A stretch of DNA of 64,000 nt from Octopus sinensis (taxonomy: Eukaryota). The notes beneath the pieces are model-generated. The model was not told the DNA's origin and searched no databases. It saw nothing but the letters and a program-made list of their open reading frames with translations. The translations under genes and the position numbers were made by a program. Positions within the stretch are counted from its first letter, which is position 1, and each line of letters begins with the position of its first letter. Shown one piece after another: positions 13,706 to 25,569 of this stretch. The stretch lies in assembly GCF_006345805.1 (NCBI RefSeq), contig NC_043000.1, forward strand, positions 93,062,001 through 93,126,000, read 5' to 3'.

Positions 13706-13966
13706 TACATTACAGTTCCACTAATTTGGTACCTTTGAGATCTATATAATGCTAGATGATAAAATTTAACAACATATTAAAACTCTGTATTGAACAACAA
13801 AATATTTTGTTAGCACCAGGTCATCATTTATGCATCTATATATTTCTGTAGCCACAATATCTACCAACATTTTTGAACTGGACAAATTAAGTTTACGAAT
13901 AATATATAATATTTTGAAATTTCTGAGACAACAAACTGGACACACAAAGACTTTGTATTGATCATA

Positions 13967-14746
13967 CAAAGTCTGATCAATAAGTATCCAGACTGTTGCT
14001 ATAGTAACAAAGCTAAAGGATGCAGAGTGACGTCGCTTGGCACAGATTGACGTTGAACTCTGCTAGATATGTGCATTATGTTTTAACATTCTAGCTCCCT
14101 TCTGTTTACAGCAGTGCATGGAGAGGAGTGTATGAGATGCACACAAGTGTACAAGTGGCTCAGACGGTTTCAAGGTGACTGATAAAATGTCAATAGTGAC
14201 AAAAAATCTGGGAGACCCACAACCAGCAAAACTGAGAAAAACATTGCAGATGTGCATGCTGCTGTGAGCAGAAATCATCAAACCACCATTTGTGAGTTAT
14301 CAGAGGATGTGCAAATTAGTTACAGTTCAGTTCAATCCATTATCAAAGAAGATTTGGGTATGAAACACATGTCTGCCAAGTTTGTGCCAAAACTATTTTC
14401 AGCTGACTAAAAAGACACTTGGGTTTCAGTTGCACAAAATCTCCTTGATTGTGTCAAGAATGATGGAAACACTTCGAAAACTTTGCATAGGCCTCTGAGC
14501 ATTTATCACCAAGCTTTTGACAAAATTTGATGCAGATTCTCTGCTCAACTTTCTCTGTCATGGTCAATGAGATGATCACATGCTATAAATGTTCTTTCCA
14601 AACACTGCTGTAAACAGTAGAAGTCAGCTGGAACTTTAAAACATGCACAACAGAGTTTAAGGCCAATCTGTGCCAAGCACCTCCACTCTGTGTGCTCTAG
14701 CTTTGTTACTATGGCAACAGTCCAGATACTTATTAATCAAACCACA
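13967..14746 (+). mobile_element. Internally deleted mariner with ~100-bp imperfect TIRs, retaining the N-terminal HTH region
   Basis: VYKWLRRF..SGRPTTS..EDLGMKHMSAKFVPKL; left ctgatcaataagtatccagactgttgctatagtaacaaagcta mirrors right tagctttgttactatggcaacagtccagatacttattaatc; TA flanks. Confidence 0.85.
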
Positions 14747-15002
14747 TATGTCTTTCATATGCTTGCTGTTTTCACTTACCATCTGTCCTGAAATTGACAT
14801 ACTCTCTTATCATTCTGCATTGAACCATTTAACGAACCACTTAAATAAAACAGCAAGTAATTAAAGAATATTTTTTTCGTTTTATTCGTTACCTTTGTTA
14901 GATTTTTAGAAAACCATGGAAAAAGCTTTATTTCAACAATCGCATTTTAAATTATAACATTTAAATAAAAAGAAACAGAAAAAGATAAAAAATGAAAAGA
15001 AA

Positions 15003-15195
15003 GGTGGAGGTGCATGGCTGGGTGGAGGTGCATAGCTGGGTGGAGGTACATGGCTGGGTGGAGGTGCATAGCTGGGTGGAGGTGCATGGCTGGGTGGAGG
15101 AACGTAGCTGGGTGGAGGTTCATGACTGGATGAAGGCATGTGGCTGGGTGGAAGTGCTTTGGTGGGTAGAGGTGCATGGCTGGGTGGAGGCATGT
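15003..15195 (+). repeat. 18-bp minisatellite (ggtggaggtgcatggctg), about 10 copies
   Basis: Direct reading; runs straight into a SINE C head. Confidence 0.9.
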
Positions 15196-15325
15196 GGCTT
15201 AGTGGTTAGAGTGCTGGACTCATGATCATAAGATTGTGGTTTCATTTCCTGACCAGGCAATCCATTATGTTCCTGAGCAAAACACTTCATCTCCTATTGC
15301 TCTGGTCCATTCACCTGTAGAAATG
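15183..15325 (+). mobile_element. SINE family C, 5' part
   Basis: ggtggaggcatgtggcttagtggttagagtgctggactcatgatc..ctgagcaaaacacttcat. Confidence 0.75.
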
Positions 15326-16039
15326 AGTTTAACCTGGGGAGGGATGGGCTCTGCTAGGTTTTCTGACTCTAGATATGCTGCATGGCTGCAGCACCCCAAT
15401 GACCCCTAAGGGGTTAAGGGACTTGTCATTGTCATTGTCAAAGAAGCAGAAGAATGGTGTTCATTACAATTGAAATAAAAATACACCATGAAAGTCTCCA
15501 TCTTTGGGATGTAGTTAACACAGACAAGTTCACATTTGAAACTTGAGAAAAGTCTTGCATATTTTTACTGTTCCACTCACAGATTGGACTTATAATGTAT
15601 GAATCAGCCGATTGATTTCTCTTTCTGAAAATCCTAGTTTATCCAGATTCTCCTTTAAGCATTTAATAACAAACCTAGTGCTCCAATTATTATTAGTATG
15701 AATATCAATTCATAGCCTGGATATAGAAGCTGGAGGTTTCAAAGCAGCTGTCCATAGGTATCCTCTTTTTCTGTCTATCTATCTATCTATCTATCTATCT
15801 ATATCTAGCTAGCTAGCTAGCTATGTGTGTATGTATGTGTGTATATATGTACGTGGATGGATGTATATATGTATGTGTTTAGCATGCATTTATATGTGTA
15901 TGTGTGTGTGTGTGTCTAGGTGGGTGTATATTCTTTCTTGTCTTCAAATCACATAATGTTTCAAGCACATATCAATCACACAACGCATTTCCAATCTTCT
16001 GTAACAAAAAATAGTCAAGCTGTGGAAAGATATAGATTT

Positions 16040-16470
16040 CCAATTTTAGCACAATGCCATCAAGTTCAGGGCAAGTAATTTTGACCCCAGTGCTCAACTG
16101 GTACTTATTTTATTGACACCAAATGGACGAAACATATAACTGACCTTGGTGGAATTTGAACTCAAAATGTGAAAACAGATGAAAAGCCACTAAGCATTTT
16201 GCCCAAGTTGCTAACAATTCTGCCATCACCTTAGGCGCTGGAAAAATACTGATTTCAAATTTTGGCACAATGCTAGAAAATTCAGGGGAAGGTTTAACTC
16301 GATTACTTCGACCCAAGTACTACGCTGGTACTTATTTTATTGACCCCAAAAAAAGATGAAAGGCAAAGTTGACATTGGTGGAATTTGAAGTCAGAATGCA
16401 AAGATGGACAAGATGCTGCTAAGAATTTTGTCCAGAATGCTAACGAATCTGTCAACTCATCGCTTTAGGG
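16040..16470 (-). mobile_element. Two adjacent SINE A copies
   Basis: Twice ctggtacttattttattgac..ggaatttgaa(c/g)tca..gctaac. Confidence 0.75.
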
Positions 16471-16604
16471 TGTGGAAAAATATTACCACGTGGGAAAGGT
16501 GAGTATTGGTGACAAGAAGGGCATCCAGGCATAAAATATCTGCCTCAATGAATTCCATCTGACCCATGGCATCATAGAAAAATGGACGTTAAACCGAAGA
16601 TGTT

Positions 16605-16800
16605 GATGCGCATGATGATAATGATGATGATGATAATGATGATGACGATGATGACAATGGTGATGACAACAATGACAATAACAACAACGAAGATGATGAT
16701 GATGATGACAACAATGATAATGATGATGATGATGATGATGATGACAACAATGACGACAATGATGATGATGACGACGATGATGATGACGATGATTATGATA
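16605..16800. repeat. (GAT)/(GAC)/(AAC) trinucleotide tract
   Basis: Direct reading; explains the poly-Met ORF. Confidence 0.9.
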
Positions 16801-17461
16801 TTACATTCACTTTAATGTTAATCTCAGTTAAAACAGTACATATTATCTTTTGTCTTTTACATTCCGTTTTGATTTTTGTTTCGTTTTTTTTTTCCATTTT
16901 TCATTTTTACTTTTAAATAAACCATTGAGAAATTAAATGCAGTGGTTGTTTTGATGTTCTGCCTTTGAAGAAACTATATAAAGATAAAAACAGACAGTTG
17001 TTTACAATTGTCTAGTGTATTTAATTTACTTTAATTACACATGAAGTATCAGTTAAAAAACATAGATTTAGTCTAAAGTACATGAACTTAAATCTTTATA
17101 AAATTTCTATATTACATACATCATAAGTGCAATCGTAGCTGCATGGTTTAGATATTTGCTTCACTACCACATTGATTTGAATGCCATCATACTTGTGGAG
17201 GATTGAAGGGAGACGTCAGGACCAGAAGTAAAGTAGGTTTCCTTATAGACTACTCATAGGACCAGTTTCCCAGTTTCTGTGAAATATATATAACCCCTGG
17301 ATAGGATGCCAGTCTATTGCAGGATGACTCATTTTTGTCAGCTGAGTGGTGGACTGGAACAATGTGAAATGAAGTGTGTTGCTCAGAATACAATTTTTAT
17401 TATAAGGAGAGTCTGAAAATGAAAATAGTTTCCCTGCCTACAATGCACCATTTTGAAGTAG

Positions 17462-17847
17462 GGGGAAGCACTCCGTCGGTTACGACAATGAGGGTTCTGG
17501 TTGATCCGAATCAACGGAACAGCCTGCTCGTGAAATTAACATGTAAGTGGCTGAGCACTCCACAGACGCGTGCACCCTTAACGTAGTTCTCGGGGATATT
17601 CAGCATGACACAGAGAGTGACAAGGCCGGCCCCTTGAAATACAGGTACAACAGAAACAGGAAGTAAGAGTGAGAGAAAGTTGTGGTGAAAGAGTACAGCA
17701 GGGATCACCACCATCCCCTGCCGGAGCCTCGTGAAGAAATTAGGTGTTTTCGCTCAATAAACACTCACAACGCCCGGTCTGGGAATCGAAACCGTGATCC
17801 TATGACCACGAGTCCGCTGCCCTAACCACTGGGCCATTGCGCCTCCA
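17462..17847 (-). mobile_element. Intact SINE family C with 15-bp target-site duplication
   Basis: TSD accattttgaagtag at 17447-17461 and 17848-17862; minus-strand head has A box TGGCCCAGTGG and B box GTTTCGATTCC. Confidence 0.92.
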
Positions 17848-17879
17848 ACCATTTTGAAGTAGTTATTAAGACACAAGAA

Positions 17880-18200
17880 ACGTACATATAACTATAACTT
17901 TGGAGCTCATCTTCCAACGATTTCATCAAGTAAGGTCTATTCCAGCTGTCAACGTTGAGATAAAAGTCGAAATTCTTTTTTAAAGTTTGGAAGAAAATTT
18001 GACATTCATAAACTCCTGAGGCTGATTGAGAGAGTACCAAATTAAGTGAATGTGTATAACAATGTACAACTTCTGTCAGTGATGCAGCTTCTTACGCTTT
18101 ACACACAAAAGATCCATTAAACCTTTCTTGAAGTCTTTCCATCTGATCAACAAATATGTGACAGATAAGATTTCATTTTAAGGTCAGTAGTCTCACCAAA
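17880..18200 (-). mobile_element. Decayed hAT transposase fragment (ZMYM1/THAP12-like group)
   Basis: Minus frame VVHCYTHSLNLVLSQSASGVYECQIFFQTL = the hAT CxxH-x-LNL motif; in-frame stop upstream. Confidence 0.75.
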
Positions 18201-18351
18201 CATAAAAAAAAAGATGCGCCCTTTTAAAGTCTAGCCAGGCTCGTAGGCCCGGTTTCCTGGTTTCTATGGTGTATGTGTTCCCCAGCTATGTATATGTATA
18301 TATGTATATGTAGATACTTATGTATCTATATGTATATATATATATATTCAT

Positions 18352-18666
18352 ATGTGGGCACAGGACGTCATGAAACATGTACAACAAAAATACGAAGTAC
18401 GAGTACATGGAATATGAACTAATTTTTTTAACAATGAAAGACAAATGAAAAACAAGACAAACAACATAAAGAAAGCCCCTTCATCAGTTGTTGGCTTGTT
18501 TTTCTACTCTCGTATTTCGAGCATTTAACAACAATATACACTTTCTTTATATTGTTTGTCTTGTTTTCCATTTGTGTCTTTCGTTTTCCCCCAAAATAAT
18601 TCATATTCCATGTGCTTGTACTTCATATTTTTTGTTGTACACGTTTCATGGTGCCCTGTGCCACAT
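18352..18666. mobile_element. Foldback element: ~120-bp inverted arms around a ~65-bp loop, in (TA)n
   Basis: gtgggcacaggacgtcatgaaacatgtacaacaaaaa.. mirrors ..ttttttgttgtacacgtttcatggtgccctgtgccac. Confidence 0.85.
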
Positions 18667-18667
18667 A

Positions 18668-18699
<32 letters not shown>

Positions 18700-19232
18700 C
18701 GTATAGATGTAAGTATGTACACATATGTATGTATATATGCGCTTATATATATATATATATATTACATAAAGTCTGTTCTGTCTGTCTGTCTGTGTATCTT
18801 TTGGGATCTCAGGCATCCTCCATCTGATTGCGCTCAAATTTGCTCTCTTTATCATAATCTCTACTAATTCACTCTCCTTTCTCTTCCAATTGGAGTATCC
18901 ATGTATCTACTCTATATCATGATACCTATCTCTGTCCCTCTATACCATTAGTCTCTCATCAACTGACACAAAGACACCCCTTCCCAGTTGAGGGGATCTG
19001 TTCTGAAAGTAATTTGCTGGTCTTCTTACTGGTGCCACATGAAAAGCATTGGTACTGGTGTCACATAAAAACACCAAGTAAATTCTTAAAATGTTTGATA
19101 TCAGGAAGGACATGCAGCTGTAGAAACCATGCCAAAACAGGTATTGGATTTGGAGTGGCTCCTGGCCATGCCAACCTCTGTCAAACTATCTAATCAATGC
19201 TTGCACGTGAAATGGACATTAAATGATGTTGA

Positions 19233-19278
<46 letters not shown>

Positions 19279-19459
19279 ATGTATGTATGTATATATGTAT
19301 ATGTATGTATTTATATACATACATATATATATATATATATATTTATATACATACATATGCATATATATATATATATATATATTGATAGATATACAGATAT
19401 GCATCCACATATATATATATATATGTGTGTGTATGTATGTATTTGTGTGTCTGTTTTTG

Positions 19460-19650
19460 TCTCCCTCCCCACCATATCTTGACAACCGATGTTGGTGTGT
19501 TTACATCCCCATGACTTAGTGGTTCAGCAAAAGAGACTGATAGAATAAGTACTGCGCTTACAAAGAATAAGTCCTGGGGTCAATTTGTGCAACTAAAGGC
19601 AGTACTCCAGCCTAGCCACAGCCAAATGACTGAAATAAGTAAAAGAACAC
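19460..19650 (+). mobile_element. SINE family B, 3' half
   Basis: ttgacaaccgatgttggtgtgtttacatcccc..agaataagtcctggggtc..aaatgactgaaataagtaaaag. Confidence 0.8.
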
Positions 19651-19670
19651 AAATATATATATATATATAT

Positions 19671-19720
<50 letters not shown>

Positions 19721-20050
19721 CACACACACACATAAAAATGAAAAGAAAATGGACATATACAATTGTCAATTCAAAAATTAAAATTTATTAACATAATATC
19801 ATATAATGTTATAGTCATATAATAATATAATAAATATTAAATACAAATTACATAGAATTGTTTCGATTCTTACCCATAATAAACTAATATAAATCCATGT
19901 TTGTGGGTAAGACTCTCTTCAATGTAATATTTGATATATGAGGAGTTACAGATCCAAGTTATATATATAAGAATGTTGCAGTTTGCTTCAAGCATTGTTA
20001 CATCGAAGAAGATAAAAAGCAAGAAAATGTACCTATTGTTCAAGATATTC

Positions 20051-20284
20051 TTATTTCTTTATTGTCCACAAGGAACTAAACATAGAGGGGACAAACAAGG
20101 ACAGACAAAGGGATTAAATCGATTACATCAGCCCCAGAGTGTAACTGGTACTTAATTTATCGTCTCCAAAGGGATGAAAGGTAAAGTCGACCTCAGTGAA
20201 ATTTGAACTCAGAACGTCACAGCAGATAAAATACCGCTAAGCATTTTGCCCGGCATGCTAATGTTTCTGCCAGCTCACCGCCTT
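20051..20284 (-). mobile_element. Well-preserved SINE family A
   Basis: Minus head aaggcggtgagctggcagaaacattagc..ctgagttcaaatttc (B box). Confidence 0.9.
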
Positions 20285-20679
20285 ATTTTCGAAGATATTC
20301 CTATGAATGAATTTGTTTCAAGTGTATAAGGCACTACACAGCAGTGAACACACTTTTCGGTGCAACCAGCTATAAAACAACAGGCAAACAAAAATCAACT
20401 GTATTTCAGGGCTTTTTGACTTTTTATTAAAGTTTACCTTCTCCTTGAAGGAAGTTTTAACTGAGATCTTTCACGCCCAGTAGTTCCTATGCAAATGAAC
20501 TAAAAGCTGGGACCCTGACAGGTGCTACTATTCTAGGTTAGAATAAAATTGGGAACAATAGTAGCTAAAGGCTGGATCTACAATCCTTAAAACCCTGGAA
20601 CTCTTATATCATGACTCCCACTACTAGCTGCAATTTAAGTTCATACCCAAAATAAAACTGAGCAGGAATCACATTGTAT

Positions 20680-21004
20680 CTATGCATACATATCTATCAA
20701 TCTATCTATCTGTCTGTCTGTCTGTCTATCTGTCTATTTATCTATTTATCGATCTATCCGTCTGCCTGCCTATCAATCAATCTCTCTATCCATTCTTCTA
20801 GCCACCTACCTATCTATCTATTTATCTATCCATCCATCCATCCATGTATGTATGTATGTATGTATGTATGTATGTATGTATGTATGTATGTATGTATGTA
20901 TGTATGTATGTATGTATGCATGTATGTATGCATGCATGCATTTATCTGTCTGTCTGTCCGTCTACCTATTTATCCATCTATCTATCTATTTATCTGCCTG
21001 TCTG

Positions 21005-21079
<75 letters not shown>

Positions 21080-21105
21080 GTTTATCTATCTATCTATCTA
21101 TCTAT
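20680..21105. repeat. Compound (TATC)/(TATG)/(TCCA) microsatellite
   Basis: Direct reading. Confidence 0.95.
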
Positions 21106-22286
21106 TTCGCGAGTGTCGCGTTGCTCTCAAGCAACTCTGCCGTCCCGGGTCGACCTTGAGTGACTTCAACTCAACCAAAGCATTCTATAGGGGATTAGTG
21201 GAGGGGAGGTACGACGACGAGCTCGGGGCGAACCTGGACGTCGACGAGGAGTACCTGACCCGCCTGTTCAGGACGACTTTTGGCCCAGGGCCCATGGACA
21301 ACTTCCAGAGATCCCTGGCCTGGCAGTGCTACCGAGAAGCGCTACCCGTTCGAGATAAGCTCTACAGACACGGCTCGAGAAACACGGGGCCGACCTGCCC
21401 GAGATGCGGTCAGAGCGATGAAACTGTTCTGCACGCACTCGTGCAGTGTCCAACAATTTCCGACCTGTGGGCTTATGTCGAACAACTGCTGTCACGTGTG
21501 GGACGAGTCGGTTTATCAGCTGAGTCTATCGTCAATATTGTCACGCCTCCTTCCTTCAAACGGGAAGGAAGAGCTATTTTCATCATCCTTGTGGCTATGA
21601 CGAAAGAATGTATCTGGTGGACGCATCTGAAAGGATTGGAGACAAACACTTTCCTCTCTGGTCAATCTCTCATCAACTTCTTCAAGTACCACTTGAAAAG
21701 GAAAGTGAGAGTAGAGAGGCAAGTTTTGTCTAGCGAATGTTTTAAAAAAAGATGGGTGAATGTAGCAAGGATGGCATGTATGAATGACAAAGCCACCTTG
21801 AGCATAATCCTATGAACCCAGAAATTGAAAACAGAGGGTTACCCACTTGCAAACAGATGTGGTAACATATAACAATATTGACCAAGGTCACCGTGGTCTT
21901 TTTCATAGGCTTTTCTTCCCACGGATAAACCTTACTTGCTTTCCCCTTTACACCATATATCATAACACTGTGATACACGATCCCTATTGATCGTTCTATT
22001 TTTTCCTCTTCCCCTTTTTTTCCCCTTTTTTCTTCTTTTTTCAGTTCTCTTTCCTTTTGTTCCCTTTCCTTTTTTTTTTCTTTTTATTTTTATTTTATTC
22101 AATTTTTTTATTATTTTTTTTTGTTCTTGTTCTTTTCTTCCCTTTTACGATCCCTCTTGATCGAAAACCTATGCCACCCCCTTTTTTTTTTCTTTTGTTT
22201 TTTGTTCTCTTCATCCCCCAAAAGAAAAGCTCTACCTTGTAACTTGTCCCATCTGTGTGCAGCCCTGTGTGGCCAATAAAGAAACT
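21106..22286 (+). mobile_element. 5'-truncated Tx1/L1-clade LINE: intact ORF2 C-terminus with CCHC zinc knuckle, T-rich 3' UTR
   Basis: Stop-free to 21815: LAWQCYREALPVRDKL..CPRCGQSDETVLHALVQCP..LW..IW (zf-RVT-like). Visibly more GC-rich than its flanks; AATAAA at 22275-22280; (TATC)n on both sides. Confidence 0.88.
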
Positions 22287-22446
22287 TATCTATCTATCTA
22301 TCTATCTATCTACCTATCTATCTATCTATCTATGTATCTCTACACACAAACGTATGCATGCACACACACACATGCACTCACATACACATGCATACACGCA
22401 TGCAAGCACACACAGACAAACACATAAACACACACACACACACACA

Positions 22447-22478
<32 letters not shown>

Positions 22479-22884
22479 TGCAAGCAAACACAGTGGACTT
22501 GGTTTTGGTCAGGATATGTGGCTATAGCAGAAGAAGATACTAACCTGAAAATGAAATAAATTGTATTATTTTTTAAAAACCATTTTTTGTTTTCCAATTT
22601 CATTAACCAAAATTTGTTTTACCATTTCACCTTTACAGTTTAAACAAAATCAATCACATATCATAAATCATGATGTCTTCTGCTCAGAAATACAGGTAAT
22701 TCAATGTTCATCTGCACTTCAGCTTTTTTTATATTTTAATTTTTTTAATTTCTGCACCTTTTGTCTCCTATTAATTTTCTTGAGATTAGATATAATACCT
22801 TAAAAAAATGAAATAAATAAAAAATGAAATGACATTTTCTTTCTTTCTTCCATCTGTTGACTATAAAATATATATGTCCTTTTA

Positions 22885-22900
22885 TCGCCATCAACATCAC

Positions 22901-22941
<41 letters not shown>

Positions 22942-23230
22942 CTGCCACATTACCACTCTCACCACCTTCATCATCATCAACACTACTGCATTATCCCTCT
23001 CGCCACCATCATGTTCTTCAATGATACTGACATCACCATCATCATCATCATCATCAACTTCATCACCATCGCCATCATCACTATCATCATCATCACCAGT
23101 TCCACCACCACCACCACCACCACCACCATCACCCTCAAAATCAAATCCACCACCCCCACCTCCACCTCCACCACCAGCACTACATACCACAACTGCAACC
23201 ACCATCACCATCACTATTATTTTCATTTAT
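22885..23230. repeat. (CAT)/(CAC) trinucleotide tract
   Basis: Direct reading; explains the poly-H/P/T/G ORFs. Confidence 0.9.
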
Positions 23231-23585
23231 ATTATTATTCGTTATCACTGTTCTTCTTGAGCTTATTGTTATGGGATTTCTTGTTTAACATTTTCTGTTT
23301 TTTTTTTTATTTTTGGTTTTGTATTTTTTCTATTATTATTATTATTTAAATTTATGCAACAAAGTCAACACCAGAGGCAAAATAGTTTAGGTGTGGGTGA
23401 TTTGAAATGATGCTTAATTGTAATACATAACTTCTCCTAAAATCTCAAAAGAAATTGGTAAACAAAACATCATTTGAAAATTGTGTGCAGGGGGTGAGAG
23501 AGAGGTGTGAAAGAAAAATAACATAAATAATGTTTTTTTGCACTATTATTATGTATGAGAGGGTGTGTATATGTATATGTGCGTA

Positions 23586-23636
<51 letters not shown>

Positions 23637-24048
23637 TCACATATATATATATATATATAGACATATATATATACATATATATATGTGCATATATATATAT
23701 ATACAATATATATGCACATATAGACACACACATACAAATATATATATATATACATATGTATATGTATGTATATGCATTTTCCTTTTTCCTTTTTAATGTT
23801 TTATATTTTTCCTTAGTAAAAAAAATCAAAGACCAAAAGGTATTTTCATTGAGACCATCACAATTCCCTTTTCAATTGCTTCCCTAATATTCCTTCTTAA
23901 CTTTAATCTATTGACAACTTCTCATGGATTTGTTTTCTAAGTCATCGGATTATAAAAGGATTTTAAAAATTTTTTCTATTTCAGAAATTCCATTTTTGTT
24001 TTTTTGGTTTCTGCTTTACTTTTGTGTCTTTTTTCTATGTGCATATGT

Positions 24049-24090
<42 letters not shown>

Positions 24091-24709
24091 TTGTATGTAT
24101 GAATCTATGTGACTTTGTGCAAATATGAGTACATCTCAATGGTGTGGGAGTTCTGTAAATATTTAGGTGCATTTTTTCCCTTTTTCTTCTGTTTCCATGT
24201 TGACTTTATTATTAGTAATATTATTATTATTATCATCATCATCATCATCATCATCATCATCGTCGTCGTCAACATCATCATCATCATCAATTCCATCATT
24301 TCTTTTTTCCTTTCTTGCGCAAAGGTTTATTTCGTGCAGAACATTCCGGGGCTTTACCTAATGAAAGCCTCATACAGACAATTAAATCATTGCTTCAAGA
24401 TTTTGGTCATTGTTCTTTGAAATTATGACAAATCTTTTTTTCTGTGTTTTTTGGGGTTTTTTTGCATTTCTCAGACATTTTCATTTGTATTTAATTTTCT
24501 ATTATTTTTAATCTGTTTTCCTTTTCAAATTTCATTTCATTTTTTTTTCCATTTCATTCTAAAATGGATAAAATCATTGTAAAAGATTTTGTATTGATGC
24601 ATAATTTGGTTGATTGGTTTCGTATTTTAATTCTGTTGCCCCTCTTCTTGAAAGTCACAAAGCATTCAATATTGAGGTCTAGAGTTCAGATCATAGCACA
24701 ACTGACATT

Positions 24710-25120
24710 TTTTAAATTCTTTTACTTGTTTCAGTCATTTGATTACAGCAATATTGGAGCACCACCTAAAAGGGATTTTCAGTTGAAGAACTTGACCCCA
24801 GGACTTATTCTTTGTAAGCATAGTACTTATTCTATTGCTCTATTTTGCCAAACTGCTAAGTTACGGAGATGTAAACACCCAAACATCGGTTGTCAAGCAA
24901 TGGTGATGACAAACATTGACTCAAAGACATACACACACATAAATATATACATATCTGTATACCTTGGGCTTCTTTCAGTTTCCATCTACCAAATCCACTC
25001 ACAAGGCTTTAATCGGTCTGTGGCTATAGTAGAAGATACTTGCCCAAGGTGCCAGGCAGTGGGGCTGAACCCAGAATCATGTGGTTGAAAAGCAAGCATC
25101 TTACCATACAGCCATGCTGT
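24710..25120 (-). mobile_element. SINE family B, near full length, diverged
   Basis: gtttcagtcatttg..tggagcacc..aaatccactcacaaggc..gggctgaacccagaatcatgtgg. Confidence 0.8.
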
Positions 25121-25343
25121 GATACACCTGGACACATCATCATTGATGTTTTCTGCAGTCATTGGCTGTTTAAGGCCTTTCAGTCATCAGTCATCCTCAC
25201 CAAGGTGATGCAAACAGTTATGATCAAGCTTTTTCTTGTGTCTAGTTTGTACAAACCCTAGTAGCTCTACTCTTTTCAGAGGTCACACTTCTTGATCCAA
25301 AGCTACTTTAAAGCAAACACTGTTGTTTCCCTTGCCAACTTAA

Positions 25344-25559
25344 CCTTTTCAACCCAGCTGAAACTGCCTCTGGCTCTGTAGTACAAATGTCTTGTTTTCA
25401 TAAGTTTTGAATTAAAATCTTCCACCAAACCTTAGTCGCAATTTATGTTCCTAAAACTAGCTAAATAATAACTAAGTCATTTTACTAAATTCTTTGTTAT
25501 ATTTAAAATTAATTGAAAGAAACACAGAGCATCTCAAAATAGATACGGTAATGAAAGGG
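25344..25559. mobile_element. TTAA-flanked MITE (piggyBac-like termini)
   Basis: ttaa|ccttttc ... gaaaggg|ttaa. Confidence 0.55.
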
Positions 25560-25569
25560 TTAATGGCCT

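Noticed and set aside
14933-15193. Extensin-like PPPSHA-repeat protein
   Set aside because: Translation of an 18-bp minisatellite derived from a SINE head; no splice or expression evidence.
17822-18040. SGVYECQ..LNV..RPY looked like an immunoglobulin-domain exon
   Set aside because: The same frame extends upstream to VHCYTHSLNLVL, the hAT transposase CxxH motif, with an in-frame stop; the ORF tail also runs into a SINE.
20844-21105. N-terminal third of the 323-aa ORF
   Set aside because: (TATG)n and (TATC)n have no stops in these frames; the openness is trivial and not part of the Tx1 protein.
22829-23349. His/Pro/Thr/Gly-rich ORFs
   Set aside because: Trinucleotide repeat translations open on both strands.
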